Origin: an uncultured Acidobacteriota bacterium
Lineage (GTDB): Bacteria; Acidobacteriota; Thermoanaerobaculia; Multivoradales; SZUA-115
Reading direction: 5' to 3'
Length of the DNA stretch: 64,000 nt
NCBI GenBank assembly: GCA_963805975.1
Contig: CAWDVR010000004.1
Coordinates: 64,001 to 128,000, forward strand
Below are positions 54,268-63,382 of this stretch, piece by piece. The notes under the pieces are model-generated. The model was not told where the DNA came from. It made no database searches and worked only from the letters and a program-made list of their open reading frames with translations. The position numbers and the translations under genes are program-made. Positions within the stretch are counted from its first letter, which is position 1, and every line of letters begins with the position of its first letter.

Positions 54268-54400
54268 ACTCGATTCTCCAAACAAAGAAAATAAGAGCTG
54301 CCCACCATGGGTTTACAGCTCGACGACCGCGTGAGCAAAAAAGCTCCGACAAAACCGAACGCCTCTGTCGAGGACGCGACTCGGCGCGGGAGTGTACACG
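54268..54400 (-). promoter_or_regulatory. conserved structured 5' leader with TACACT -10-like box, copy 1
   Basis: TACACT at 54391-54396 (minus). Hairpins CCTC-GACA-GAGG, GAGC-T6-GCTC and GAGCTG...CAGCTC. Confidence 0.55.
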
Positions 54401-54460
54401 AACCTGGGCATTCTGTTGGAAATTTTCTTCCAGGACCCACCTGCGGATCTGTGGCCCCAC

Positions 54461-54491
54461 AAAGCAAAGGGCCCGGCAGAAGCCGGGCCCT
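54461..54491 (-). terminator. intrinsic terminator of tandem copy 2
   Basis: Same stem as 52920-52950 with a different loop (AGAA), followed by TTGCTTT on the minus strand. Confidence 0.75.
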
Positions 54492-54533
54492 CGGTGGAGT
54501 GTCCCACCGCCTTCGCAGGCGGCAGAGCAGATT

Positions 54534-55820
54534 CTACCGGCCGCCGCCGCCGATGAAAAAGTCGGAAGCCGTGGCCGGGTCGGTGACGTTGCCCATCGAG
54601 AAGGCATCGAAGCCGACGCTGAAGCGGCCGTTGGCCGACATGAGCGCGGTGACCCAGTTCTGCATCAGGGGCTCGAACGGCACCTGGCTACCGGCCACCG
54701 TGCTGTTCAGGTTGAGGTAGAGCCAGCCGAAGTCGAACGGCACCGGGAAATCATCGCCACCCACGGCGGTCCGGTTCGCTTCCCAGGGGAAGGGGATCAG
54801 CGAGGTGCCGGGGATCACCGGCGAGAAGGGGCTGGACTCCGGGATGTCCGGGTTCTCGTGCTCGTCGAAGATCACGATCTGGTTCTGGCTGAGCGGGAAC
54901 GGAGCCGGGAAGTCGAGCGCGCAGGAGAAGGGAGGGATGGTCCGCTTCGAGTCGCGCCACACCACCAGATCGGTGCCGCCCGAGAAGGCGCCGCCGTTGA
55001 CGAAGCGCACGAAGAAGATGTTGTCCAGACCCTCGCGGGCGTCCGTGCCGCCACTGAACTTGCGGTAGAAGGTGTAGTTGGCCGCGCCGAGGTTGACCGG
55101 ATCGGCCTCGATGTGGACCATGGTCTCGCCCTGGGCGAAGTTGTTGGCGGAGTCGACGTAGAAGTAGTCGCCAAGAAGCACGTTCTGGAACGTGGCGGTG
55201 GAGCCGAAGTAGCCCGGATCGCCGGGGAAGTCGAGGCTGCAGGCGTTGACGGTGTCGACCGTGATGTAGCCGCGGGCGATGTTGTCGCCGTGGTCGATGG
55301 CCGAGCACAGGCCGCCGAAGACGACCGGCGACGGGCCACCGGTGTGGGCGGCGCGGATGTGCGCGAGGAGCACCGGCGGCAGGTTGGGCAGCGGCAGCTG
55401 GCCGTTGCAGCTCGCGAAGTTGATGTCCTGCGAGAAGATGCCCTGGTTACTGATGCCGTCGTTGGGGTCCGCGGTGTCGCCCGGGTCCTGGCCGTCGGAG
55501 GCGGTCACCGGCGGGATCCCGTTGAACAGGTCGCGCAGGTTGATCGTCTGCACGTCATACCCGGTGAGGTAGACGTTGAAGTCCAGGGTCGGCACCGAAA
55601 GGTCGGTCCACAGCGTGACGTGCGCCAGCACCGCGGTGGCCGAGGAGTTGTTGATCGAGAACAGCGTGGTGATGCCGTCGTCGGCGTCCAGGTCGACCTC
55701 GAAGTAGGGCAGCAGCAGCGTCGCGGCGGGCACGTTGTCGATCGTGCCGATGTCCGCGCGAGCCACTCCGGGGGCGAGGACCAGGCCCAGGAAGAGCAGC
55801 AAGGCAAGAGCTCGTTTCAT
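54534..55820 (-). CDS. secreted 428-aa hypothetical protein, tandem copy 2
   Basis: Near-identical to 52993-54267 at an offset of 1553 bp. It differs at LSQNQ/LGQSQ, NSTV/NSAV and the C-terminal tail. Confidence 0.85.
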   Translation of the reverse strand: MKRALALLLFLGLVLAPGVARADIGTIDNVPAATLLLPYFEVDLDADDGITTLFSINNSSATAVLAHVTLWTDLSVPTLDFNVYLTGYDVQTINLRDLFNGIPPVTASDGQDPGDTADPNDGISNQGIFSQDINFASCNGQLPLPNLPPVLLAHIRAAHTGGPSPVVFGGLCSAIDHGDNIARGYITVDTVNACSLDFPGDPGYFGSTATFQNVLLGDYFYVDSANNFAQGETMVHIEADPVNLGAANYTFYRKFSGGTDAREGLDNIFFVRFVNGGAFSGGTDLVVWRDSKRTIPPFSCALDFPAPFPLSQNQIVIFDEHENPDIPESSPFSPVIPGTSLIPFPWEANRTAVGGDDFPVPFDFGWLYLNLNSTVAGSQVPFEPLMQNWVTALMSANGRFSVGFDAFSMGNVTDPATASDFFIGGGGR

Positions 55821-55950
55821 ATTCGGTTCTCCAAGCTACGAAAATGAGAGCTGCCCCACCATGGGTTTACAGCTCGATGACCGCGTGAGCAAAAGCTCCG
55901 ACAAACCCAACGCCTCTGTAGAGGACGCGACTCGGCGCGGGAGTGTACAT
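55821..55950 (-). promoter_or_regulatory. conserved structured 5' leader with TACACT -10-like box, copy 2
   Basis: TACACT at 55942-55947 (minus). Hairpins CCTC-TACA-GAGG, GAGC-T4-GCTC and GAGCTG...CAGCTC. Confidence 0.55.
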
Positions 55951-56052
55951 GAACTTGGGCAGTTGGGGAAGCCCCTGACGATCCCGGAGGGACAGAGATA
56001 CCAGAGGGCCAAGGCCGTCTCTGGCATGGCTTGCTGGCCACCCTGCGCCCGC

Positions 56053-56325
56053 TCAGGTACCGCCGTCGATCTTCTTCTCGACCTCGTCGGCCGCATCCTC
56101 GATCTTGTCGCCGGCTTTCTCGATCCCATCGCCGGCCTTCTTGAGGGCTTTGTCGGCCGCCGATTCGATCTTCTGGCCGGCCTTCTCGAGCGCCGCGTCG
56201 ATCTTCTTGCCCGCGCGCTCGGCGGTCCCCTCCGGATCGGAGTGGCAGGCGGCGAGGCCGAGCAGGGAGGTGACAACCAGGGCGCCGAGCCCCGACCCCC
56301 CCTTCGTCCACGTGCTTTTCGTCAT
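56053..56325 (-). CDS. small helical-repeat lipoprotein
   Basis: Lipobox LAAC and repeats ERAGKKID, EKAGQKIE and EKAGDKIE. SD GAGG. Confidence 0.8.
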   Translation of the reverse strand: MTKSTWTKGGSGLGALVVTSLLGLAACHSDPEGTAERAGKKIDAALEKAGQKIESAADKALKKAGDGIEKAGDKIEDAADEVEKKIDGGT

Positions 56326-56380
56326 CGGGTCCTCTCTCTCGGTGAAGGCTAGGCGCCCGCAGGCGCATCGCGCTTGGATT

Positions 56381-59300
56381 CTATGGCGCCTGGGCGAGAA
56401 TCCTGGCGAGCTTCTGCGGGTCGTCGGGCAACAGGCCGGCCGCGGGAAGGCGCGGCACAAGCCGAGCCCAGCGCTCCTCGGCCGCGAAGACGCGCCGGAA
56501 CACGGGAAGCGCTTCTTCCTCGTGCCCGCCGGCGAAGAGGGTCACCGCCTGCCAGAAGGGGATCTCGTGGATCTGCGGCGCCAGCGTCGAGGCCTTCGTG
56601 TAGTGCCCGAGGGCGAGCGGAACATCGTTCGCGGCCAGGGCCTCGTCGCCGCGGTTCATCTCCTGGTAGGCGCGGTGGAGCTCGATCAGGCGCCGGATCT
56701 CGGCGAGTGGCGCCGGATGGTCGTCCACCCGCAGATCGACGAGGCGGTCCTCCCAGCTCTTGCCGGTGCTCTGGGCGCGTACCACCACCAGCGCCGCGCT
56801 CTGCCGGCCGCGAATATCGCCACCCTCGGCCTCGGCTGCTTCGAGCGCGGCGAGCATGCGCTCGGCGAGATCGCCGCGGGCCGACTCGAAGGCTCTGGCC
56901 ATCGCCGGCCAGACCGTGGCCCGGTCCATGAGATTGGCCTGCACCGAATAGCCGTCGCCGGTCTGGTGGCCGGCCGCGGCGATGCACTTGCCGCCCGTCC
57001 AGGCCGCTACTCCACCCTTGGCATCCACCATCGCCACCTGCCGTACCGGGCTGCCGGGGTCCTTGGGCAGCAGCTCGTCGAGCGCCTGGCGAGCCGACCG
57101 GCCTTGTTTCATGGCCGCCAGGCCGAGGGGGCCGTAGTCGATGCGGGTGAAGGACTGGGTGGCCACCGCGCCCACTCCGGCTTCCGCCCACGCCACCACC
57201 GGGCCGACCTGGAACCAGTGGCTCTGTACCGCCACGCCGAGCTCGCCCGTTGCCGCGTCGCGCGCCACGATCGAGTAGGTGTGAGCGCGGGGCTCGTGCG
57301 CCACGGCGTTGCGAGTGCCGGGCACCAGCCGTAGCCGGTGGACGGCCGGCCCGGGCAGGAAGGGCGTGGGCTCGCCCCTCTCCCAGGCCTCGTGCCCCTT
57401 GCGGTAGTAGGGCGAGAGCGGATGCCCGCTCTGCCCGCCCGGCATGTGGAAGAAGCTCTCCTCCTCGCGGCCGGGTGAGACCACGAAGCGTTCGGAGGCG
57501 CCGTAGGCGGGGGTCTGGACGCGCGGCATGTCGTCGTCGCCCGGAAGCTGCCGCGGCGGCAGGTCGAGGAAACCCGAGAGCAGCGGCACGGCCCGCGACA
57601 GCGGATGTTGGATGCGCACCGTGTTGCGCTCGCCCCAGGTACGGTCGGCGAGGTCCGTGCCCTTGGCGGCGAGGGCGTCGAGCGCCGCGTCCACGGCGGC
57701 GAGCCGCTGCTCGTCCCAGCTCGCGAGCCGCGGGTCGAGCAGATGGAGCGGGCGCTCGTGGACCAGCTTCCACAGCGGCCCCTCGAACTGCCGCGTGGGC
57801 TGGAGGCCCTGGCCCGGCACGAAGCGCGCGGTCTCGAGCGCCGCGGGCTCGCCGGCCAGGGCCCCGAACACCTGCTGCGCGAGGAACGAGCGGAAGAGGC
57901 GCGTGGCGCGGTAGGCCACGGAGTCGAGCGCGGCATGGCCGGTCCACGTGGTCTCGACCAGCCGCCGGAGCTCGGCGCGCCGAGCGTTCGCCGCCACCGC
58001 TTCCGGCGTGAGGGTCGCGAGCAGCAGGTCGCGCCAGCGCTCGAGGAAGAGAGCGCGGTCGTCGAGCTGGAGGGCCAGCAGATCGCGCGGTGTCGCCTTG
58101 CCGAGGTTCGAGAGACCGTCGCGGATCTGGCGCGCGCGGGCGCCCAGGTCGTAGCCGCCGTCCCCCAGCCGGGCGAGCGCTTCGCCGTCCACGGTGCGGG
58201 CGTTGGCGGTCCAGAGCTGCCCGGAGGGCGGGTCGACGATCCGCGGCACCTCGTCGCCGGCCAGCCAGCCGTCCCAGCGGCGGGCGCCGTCCGCCCACGA
58301 GACGGGCAGCCGGCCGTCGAAGCCCACGCGCCGCGGGATGCGGCCGGCGACCGTCCAGCCGATGCGGCCACTATCGTCCGCCACCACGAGGTTCTGCGCC
58401 GGGATGCCGCCCCGCTGCGCCACGGCGATCGCCTCGTCGACCGAGGCCGCGCTCTCGACGCCCAGCATGGCGAAGCCCACCGCCTCCGGGTGGTGGGCCG
58501 TCCAGGCCAGGGCTCGCCGCCGTCCGTCAGGGCCCTCGTCGATCACCGGCCCCCAGATCGTCTCCTCGATCCTCGACAGCACCGGCACCCCACCCTTGAC
58601 CGCGATCGTCTCCTCCACCGCGACCAGCGCCTTGGGACCTTCCGGTGTGCGGTACACGGCGGGGCTCGCCTGATCGATCTCGAGCTCGATCAGGTCCAGC
58701 CAGTCGCCGTAGGTGTTGGTGAAGCCCCAGGCCACGTGGCCGTTGCTGCCCGTCACCACGGACGGCGTGCCCGGCAGCGTCACGCCCGCAGCAAAGCGCT
58801 CGCCGCCGCCCTCGTCCCGCCAGCGGAGCACGGCGCGGTACCAGGTGTTGGGCAGCGAGAAGCCGAGGTGCATGTCGTTGGCGAGCCAGGCACGGCCGTC
58901 GGCGGTGCGCGTCCCCGCCACTGCCCAGTTATTACTGCCGAGCATGGCCCGTTCGTAGGGCTCCTCCAAGGCTCCCGGTCGCGTTGGCCAAGGCCGTTCC
59001 ACCACCCGCTCGCCGCGGGCCCGCAGGTCGAAGACCTCTGGACCCGGGACCGGCGGCGTGACGAACGCATCGCCCGCGAGCGGCGCGTCCCACTCGGTGC
59101 CCGCCGGGGCCAGAAAGTCGAAGAGCGGACGCGGCAGGCGCCGGGCGAGGAGGTCGAGCGCCGCCTCGTCGGCGCCGTCGCCTTCCTGCAGCTCGAAGAA
59201 CATGGCGTACACGGCGAGCACGCTGTCCTCGCTCCTCCACGGCGCGACCGGGGCGCGGGCCGCCAAGTACTCGAAGGGTTTCTCGGAGAGTGCCGCCAGG

Positions 59301-59785
59301 CCCGCGTTGACGCCCTCGGCGTAGGCCTCGAGCACTGCCCGCTCGGCCGGGGCGGAGCGTTCGAGCACGGCTTGCGCGCGGTGGCGGAAGCGGTGCCGGC
59401 GGTGCCGCTCGTCGAGATCCACCGCCGCCGGCCCGAAGAGCTCGGCGAGCTCGCCCGCCGCCTGGCGGCGCAGGAGATCCATCTGGAAAAAGCGGTCCTG
59501 GGCGTGCAGGAAGCCCAGGGCGCGGGAGGCGTCGGCGCGGCTCGCGGCGAGCACGGTGGGCACGCCGAGATCGTCGCGCTCGATCTCGACCGCCGCCCCC
59601 AGGCCCGTCACGGCACGCTCGCCGTCGAGCTGCGGCAGACTGCCTCGGAGCTCGCTCCGCAGCCACAGCGCGCCGCCCCCGGCGCCGGCTACCAGCAGGC
59701 CGGCCATCAGCGCGAGGGCGCGCAGCAGGCGCCGGGGAGCCTTGCGTCGAGCGGGCTCTGCGAGAGGTAGGGCTCCGGCCATCAC
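56381..59785 (-). CDS. penicillin acylase (peptidase S45) fused in frame to a DUF1028-like Ntn hydrolase and TPR
   Basis: GFLHAQDRFFQMDLLRR, GSNNW, LANDMHL and PGGQSGHPLSPYY, then HTYSIVARD, GAVATQS, GGDIRGRQSAAL, DLRVDDH and a TPR. Confidence 0.85.
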   Translation of the reverse strand: MMAGALPLAEPARRKAPRRLLRALALMAGLLVAGAGGGALWLRSELRGSLPQLDGERAVTGLGAAVEIERDDLGVPTVLAASRADASRALGFLHAQDRFFQMDLLRRQAAGELAELFGPAAVDLDERHRRHRFRHRAQAVLERSAPAERAVLEAYAEGVNAGLAALSEKPFEYLAARAPVAPWRSEDSVLAVYAMFFELQEGDGADEAALDLLARRLPRPLFDFLAPAGTEWDAPLAGDAFVTPPVPGPEVFDLRARGERVVERPWPTRPGALEEPYERAMLGSNNWAVAGTRTADGRAWLANDMHLGFSLPNTWYRAVLRWRDEGGGERFAAGVTLPGTPSVVTGSNGHVAWGFTNTYGDWLDLIELEIDQASPAVYRTPEGPKALVAVEETIAVKGGVPVLSRIEETIWGPVIDEGPDGRRRALAWTAHHPEAVGFAMLGVESAASVDEAIAVAQRGGIPAQNLVVADDSGRIGWTVAGRIPRRVGFDGRLPVSWADGARRWDGWLAGDEVPRIVDPPSGQLWTANARTVDGEALARLGDGGYDLGARARQIRDGLSNLGKATPRDLLALQLDDRALFLERWRDLLLATLTPEAVAANARRAELRRLVETTWTGHAALDSVAYRATRLFRSFLAQQVFGALAGEPAALETARFVPGQGLQPTRQFEGPLWKLVHERPLHLLDPRLASWDEQRLAAVDAALDALAAKGTDLADRTWGERNTVRIQHPLSRAVPLLSGFLDLPPRQLPGDDDMPRVQTPAYGASERFVVSPGREEESFFHMPGGQSGHPLSPYYRKGHEAWERGEPTPFLPGPAVHRLRLVPGTRNAVAHEPRAHTYSIVARDAATGELGVAVQSHWFQVGPVVAWAEAGVGAVATQSFTRIDYGPLGLAAMKQGRSARQALDELLPKDPGSPVRQVAMVDAKGGVAAWTGGKCIAAAGHQTGDGYSVQANLMDRATVWPAMARAFESARGDLAERMLAALEAAEAEGGDIRGRQSAALVVVRAQSTGKSWEDRLVDLRVDDHPAPLAEIRRLIELHRAYQEMNRGDEALAANDVPLALGHYTKASTLAPQIHEIPFWQAVTLFAGGHEEEALPVFRRVFAAEERWARLVPRLPAAGLLPDDPQKLARILAQAP

Positions 59786-60005
59786 GTTCCTCCGGGCGAG
59801 CCATGGTTCCGTCGAACGGCAGGATCGTAGCGCAAGGCTTTGTCAGGGCTGCAAGGTCGGAAGAGCCCTTCCGTCTTCTTGCGGTGTGCTCGGGAAGCTA
59901 CCCGGCCAGGGAGGTTGATGTGTGTCAAGAAGGAGAGCGTCGCCTTCGCTTTCGACCACCACTTCGCCACGGCAGGGTTCCGGATGGTCGGTTCGCGGCC
60001 GCCGG

Positions 60006-61253
60006 TCAGACCACCTTCCGCCCCGCCTTCCACACCGCCCGCACAGGGTTGACGCCCAGGTGATAGGCGAGGTGGTCCAGGCTGGGGCCGTCGAGCAGCA
60101 CCAGGTCGGCCTGCTTGCCGGGCTCGATCGAGCCGATCTCGACGCCACGTCCCAGGACACAGGCCGGGTTGAGGGTCACCGCCGTCAAGGCCTCCTCGAT
60201 CGTCAGCCCGAGCTCGAAGACGCCGAGCCAGTAGACGAAGAGCAGGGACTCGGTGTGCGAGGAGCCGGGGTTGCAGTCGGTGGCGAGGGCGAGCGGCACG
60301 CCCGCCGCGAGCAACCCTCGGGCCGGCGCGTAGCGGCCGAGCCGCAGGAAGAAGGAGACGCCGGGGAGCATCACCCCGGTGACCCCGGCGCGCGCCAGGG
60401 CCTCGATGCCGGCCTCGGAGACGGCGATCAGGTGGTCGGCCGAGGCGGCGCCGAGCTCGGCCGCGAGCTCGGCCGCGCCGGAGTCCACGAACTCGTCGGC
60501 GTGGAGGCGCGGTACCAGGCCGTGCGCCCGACCGGCTTCGAGCACGCGGCGCGACTCCCCGACCGAGAACACGCCGCGCTCGCAGAACACGTCCACGAAG
60601 TGCGCCAGGCCGGCCTCGGCCACGGCAGGGGTGATCTCGTTCACCATCAGGTCGAGGTAGAGCTCGCGGTCCGCCCAGTGCTCGGGCGGCACCTCGTGCG
60701 CGGCGAGGAGGGTCGGCACCACATCCACGGCATGGCCCTGGGCACCGCGGCGGATGGCCCGGAGCTGCTTCAGCTCGTCCTCGAGCGAGAGGCCGTAGCC
60801 GCTCTTGGCCTCGGCCGTGGTGGTGCCCCAGGCGAGCATGCGGTCGAGGCGCCGGCGCACGTTCTCGGCCAGCTCTTCTTCGCTCGCACGCCGGGTGGCG
60901 GCGACGGTGGAAAGGATGCCGCCGCCCGCCGCGGCGATCTCCTGATAGCTCTTGCCCGCCAGGCGCTCCCCCAGCTCGTGTGCCCGGTCGCCCGCCCAGG
61001 GCAGGTGCGTGTGGCAATCGACGAGGCCGGGCACCAGCGTGCCGCCGCCGGCGTCGAAGCGCGCGCCGGGCGGCACCTCGCCGTAGCGGGCGAGGCGCTC
61101 GGCGCGCGCGCCGACGAAGACGATCCTGCCGTTGCGGGAGAGCACCTCGGCCCCGGCCAGGCGCGAAATCTGCCCTTGCTCCGACCCGCGGCGCGACGCG
61201 TTGCCGCGCGGGGTCGCGACCTCGCCCACGTTTTCGATCAGCAGCTCGCTCAC
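60006..61253 (-). CDS. hutI: imidazolonepropionase
   Basis: PGLVDCHTH, GGGILSTV, GTTTAEAKSGYGL, DVFCE, LHADE, SADHL and ATDCNPG. Confidence 0.94.
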   Translation of the reverse strand: MSELLIENVGEVATPRGNASRRGSEQGQISRLAGAEVLSRNGRIVFVGARAERLARYGEVPPGARFDAGGGTLVPGLVDCHTHLPWAGDRAHELGERLAGKSYQEIAAAGGGILSTVAATRRASEEELAENVRRRLDRMLAWGTTTAEAKSGYGLSLEDELKQLRAIRRGAQGHAVDVVPTLLAAHEVPPEHWADRELYLDLMVNEITPAVAEAGLAHFVDVFCERGVFSVGESRRVLEAGRAHGLVPRLHADEFVDSGAAELAAELGAASADHLIAVSEAGIEALARAGVTGVMLPGVSFFLRLGRYAPARGLLAAGVPLALATDCNPGSSHTESLLFVYWLGVFELGLTIEEALTAVTLNPACVLGRGVEIGSIEPGKQADLVLLDGPSLDHLAYHLGVNPVRAVWKAGRKVV

Positions 61254-61936
61254 GGCGCCGGCAATCCTACGTGGCCCGCCGAGAGCGCGGCCACCTCGCT
61301 CCGCACCCAGGCCTCGACCTCCGCCCAGTCGAGCGGGCGCGCCAGGCGCGGCATGGGCTCGCCCGCGGTGAGCGAGAGGTCGGCCAGGCCCTTGAGCGCC
61401 TGCAGCCGGAAGTCCCGCACGTGGCCGAATTTCTCCTCCGCGCGCTCCAGGAGAGAGGCGAGCGGCAGCGCGCGGCAGAGCAGGTAGAGATCGACGAAGT
61501 CCCGCCGGGTGCCGCGGCCGATGATGGCCGCGATCTTCATCAGCCCCAAGTCCACGGCCGAGGCCACGGCCAGGCCGGAGAGCTCCTCGGCGGGGTCGAC
61601 CAGCGGATAGGGGTAGTAGAAGAACCGCAGGCCGACGCCGTTCCCCGGGGCCCCCAGGCGCGCGAAGAGATAGCCGTCCCGGGCGGTCTCCACCTCGGCC
61701 GCCGGATCGACGGCCTTGAGGTCGGCCAGCAGATCGCGCCGGTCGGGCCCGGCGAGGCGGTTGGTGCCGGTCATCAGGTCGAGGTCGCGCACCGTGCGCT
61801 CCCCGGCGTAGAGCGCCAGCGCGGCCGAGCCCGCGAGGTAGAAGTCCGCGGCCCACGCTCGCCCGGCCAGGCGGCCGGCAAGCTCCTGGCTGGCGGGAGC
61901 CAGGGTCTCCGGGTGGGTGAGGCTCAGAGCGGCCAC
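61250..61936 (-). CDS. AbiEii/AbiGii-like nucleotidyltransferase
   Basis: FYLAGSAALALYAGERTVRDLDL and DLGLMKIAAIIGRGTRRDFVDLY. Confidence 0.8.
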   Translation of the reverse strand: MAALSLTHPETLAPASQELAGRLAGRAWAADFYLAGSAALALYAGERTVRDLDLMTGTNRLAGPDRRDLLADLKAVDPAAEVETARDGYLFARLGAPGNGVGLRFFYYPYPLVDPAEELSGLAVASAVDLGLMKIAAIIGRGTRRDFVDLYLLCRALPLASLLERAEEKFGHVRDFRLQALKGLADLSLTAGEPMPRLARPLDWAEVEAWVRSEVAALSAGHVGLPAP

Positions 61937-62214
61937 AGATCCTCGCTGCCGGCGGTGGAAGCCGACGGCCCGCTCGCGAGCGCCACCCGCCAGAAGGCGC
62001 GGCTCCGCGCCGAGAGCTGCCGCCCGCCCCGCTCCGCGAACCAGCGCCGCACGGCCTCCTCGCCCACAGTCGCGAAGAGCCAGCGGAGGTCAGCACCGTC
62101 ACCGTCCTCGAGCAGGCGGGCGATCACGAGCTGTGGATGGGTTGCCACTTCCTCGGCCCGGTGATGGGGGAACAGGCGCAGGAGAGTCGCCGGGGCGAGG
62201 GGAGCGATGCTCAT
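61924..62214 (-). CDS. DUF6922-like small protein (antitoxin-like partner)
   Basis: LVIARLLEDGDGADLRWLFATVG...LSARSRAFW. It overlaps the nucleotidyltransferase start. Confidence 0.7.
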   Translation of the reverse strand: MSIAPLAPATLLRLFPHHRAEEVATHPQLVIARLLEDGDGADLRWLFATVGEEAVRRWFAERGGRQLSARSRAFWRVALASGPSASTAGSEDLWPL

Positions 62215-62939
62215 GTCCGTTCCCCGAACAACGCCGTGCCCACCCGCACGTGCGTAGCGCCTTCCTCGACCGCCACCTCGAAGTCGCCGCTCATCCCCAT
62301 CGACAGCCAGCCGCGAAAGGCCGGGAGCGCCCCGGCCGCAGCCACCTCGGCCGCGAGCCCGGCGAGCTGGCGGAACCAGGGGCGGGAAGCTTCGGGGTCG
62401 TCTCCGAACGGCGGGATGGCCATCAGGCCGACGAGGTCGAGCCGGGGGAGCGCGGCGAGCGGTGCGAGCGCCGCGGCGAGGCCCTGGGCCGGGAAGCCGT
62501 GCTTGCTCTCTTCACCGCCGAGGTTGACCTCCACGAAGCAGGCGAGCCGCCGGCCCAGGCGCCCGGCTTCCTCGTCCAGGGCCCGGGCGATCTTCGGCCG
62601 GTCGATCGAGTGCACGGCGGTGAACAGCTCCGCCGCGGCTCGTGCCTTGTTCGATTGCAAGGGGCCGATCAGGTGCCATTCGATCGACGGCGGCAGGTGC
62701 CCGACCTTGGCCGCCGCCTCCTGGACCCGGTTCTCGCCGAAGACCACCAGGCCCGCCCGGTGGGCCGCCAGCAGCTTCGCCGCCGGTTGGGTCTTGCTGG
62801 CGCCGATCAGCGTGACGCCGCTGGGGTCGCGGCCGGCGCGCTGGCAGGCCGCCGCGATGCGCTCGCGCAGCCGGTCGAGCCGCTCGGCGATCGGGTCGAG
62901 GTCAGACCGGGGCACGCTCTCCGTTGCTTCCGAGGGCAT
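62211..62939 (-). CDS. yggS: YggS-family PLP homeostasis protein
   Basis: LIGASKT, FGENRVQE, WHLIGPLQSNK, LSMGMSGDFE and GATHVRVGTALFG. Confidence 0.95.
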   Translation of the reverse strand: MPSEATESVPRSDLDPIAERLDRLRERIAAACQRAGRDPSGVTLIGASKTQPAAKLLAAHRAGLVVFGENRVQEAAAKVGHLPPSIEWHLIGPLQSNKARAAAELFTAVHSIDRPKIARALDEEAGRLGRRLACFVEVNLGGEESKHGFPAQGLAAALAPLAALPRLDLVGLMAIPPFGDDPEASRPWFRQLAGLAAEVAAAGALPAFRGWLSMGMSGDFEVAVEEGATHVRVGTALFGERT

Positions 62940-62950
62940 GGCCTCGAGCC

Positions 62951-63382
62951 TCAGGTCGGCATCTCGAACCACGCGGGTAGCGGGGCGCGCTCGTCGATCG
63001 CCCGGTTGGCGAGCCCGTCGGCGCGCGAGTTCTCGCCGCGCATCACGTGGCGGAGGGTGAACCGTGGCACCTCGCGCCGCAGCTTCAAGGCATGGAGGAA
63101 GAGAGGCACGAGGTGGGGTGCCTTCACCCGGTAGACGCCGTTGATCTGCTTGACCAGGAGCTCGCTGTCCGAGTGCACGGTGAGCTTTTCGAGCTTGCGG
63201 TGCCGGGCGTAGCCCAGGGCGGCGAGCAGCCCGGCGTACTCGGCGACGTTGTTGGTCGAGCGGCCGAGATAGCCCAGGAGCTCTTCTTCTCCTCCGCTCT
63301 CGCTCTCGAACAGCACTCCGAACCCGGAGCTGCCGGGGTTGCCGCGGGAAGCGCCGTCGATCCAGGCGCGCGCCGCGGTCAA
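62951..63382 (-). CDS. rnhA: ribonuclease HI family protein
   Basis: IDGASRGNPG, TNNVAEY, DSELLVKQ and ENSRADGLAN. The TTG start overlaps the upstream stop. Confidence 0.92.
   Translation of the reverse strand: MTAARAWIDGASRGNPGSSGFGVLFESESGGEEELLGYLGRSTNNVAEYAGLLAALGYARHRKLEKLTVHSDSELLVKQINGVYRVKAPHLVPLFLHALKLRREVPRFTLRHVMRGENSRADGLANRAIDERAPLPAWFEMPT

Noticed and set aside
52993-55820. Tandem copies as a diversity-generating retroelement template/variable pair
   Set aside because: No reverse transcriptase is present in the window, both copies are full genes, and the few differences are not a cluster of adenine-specific changes.
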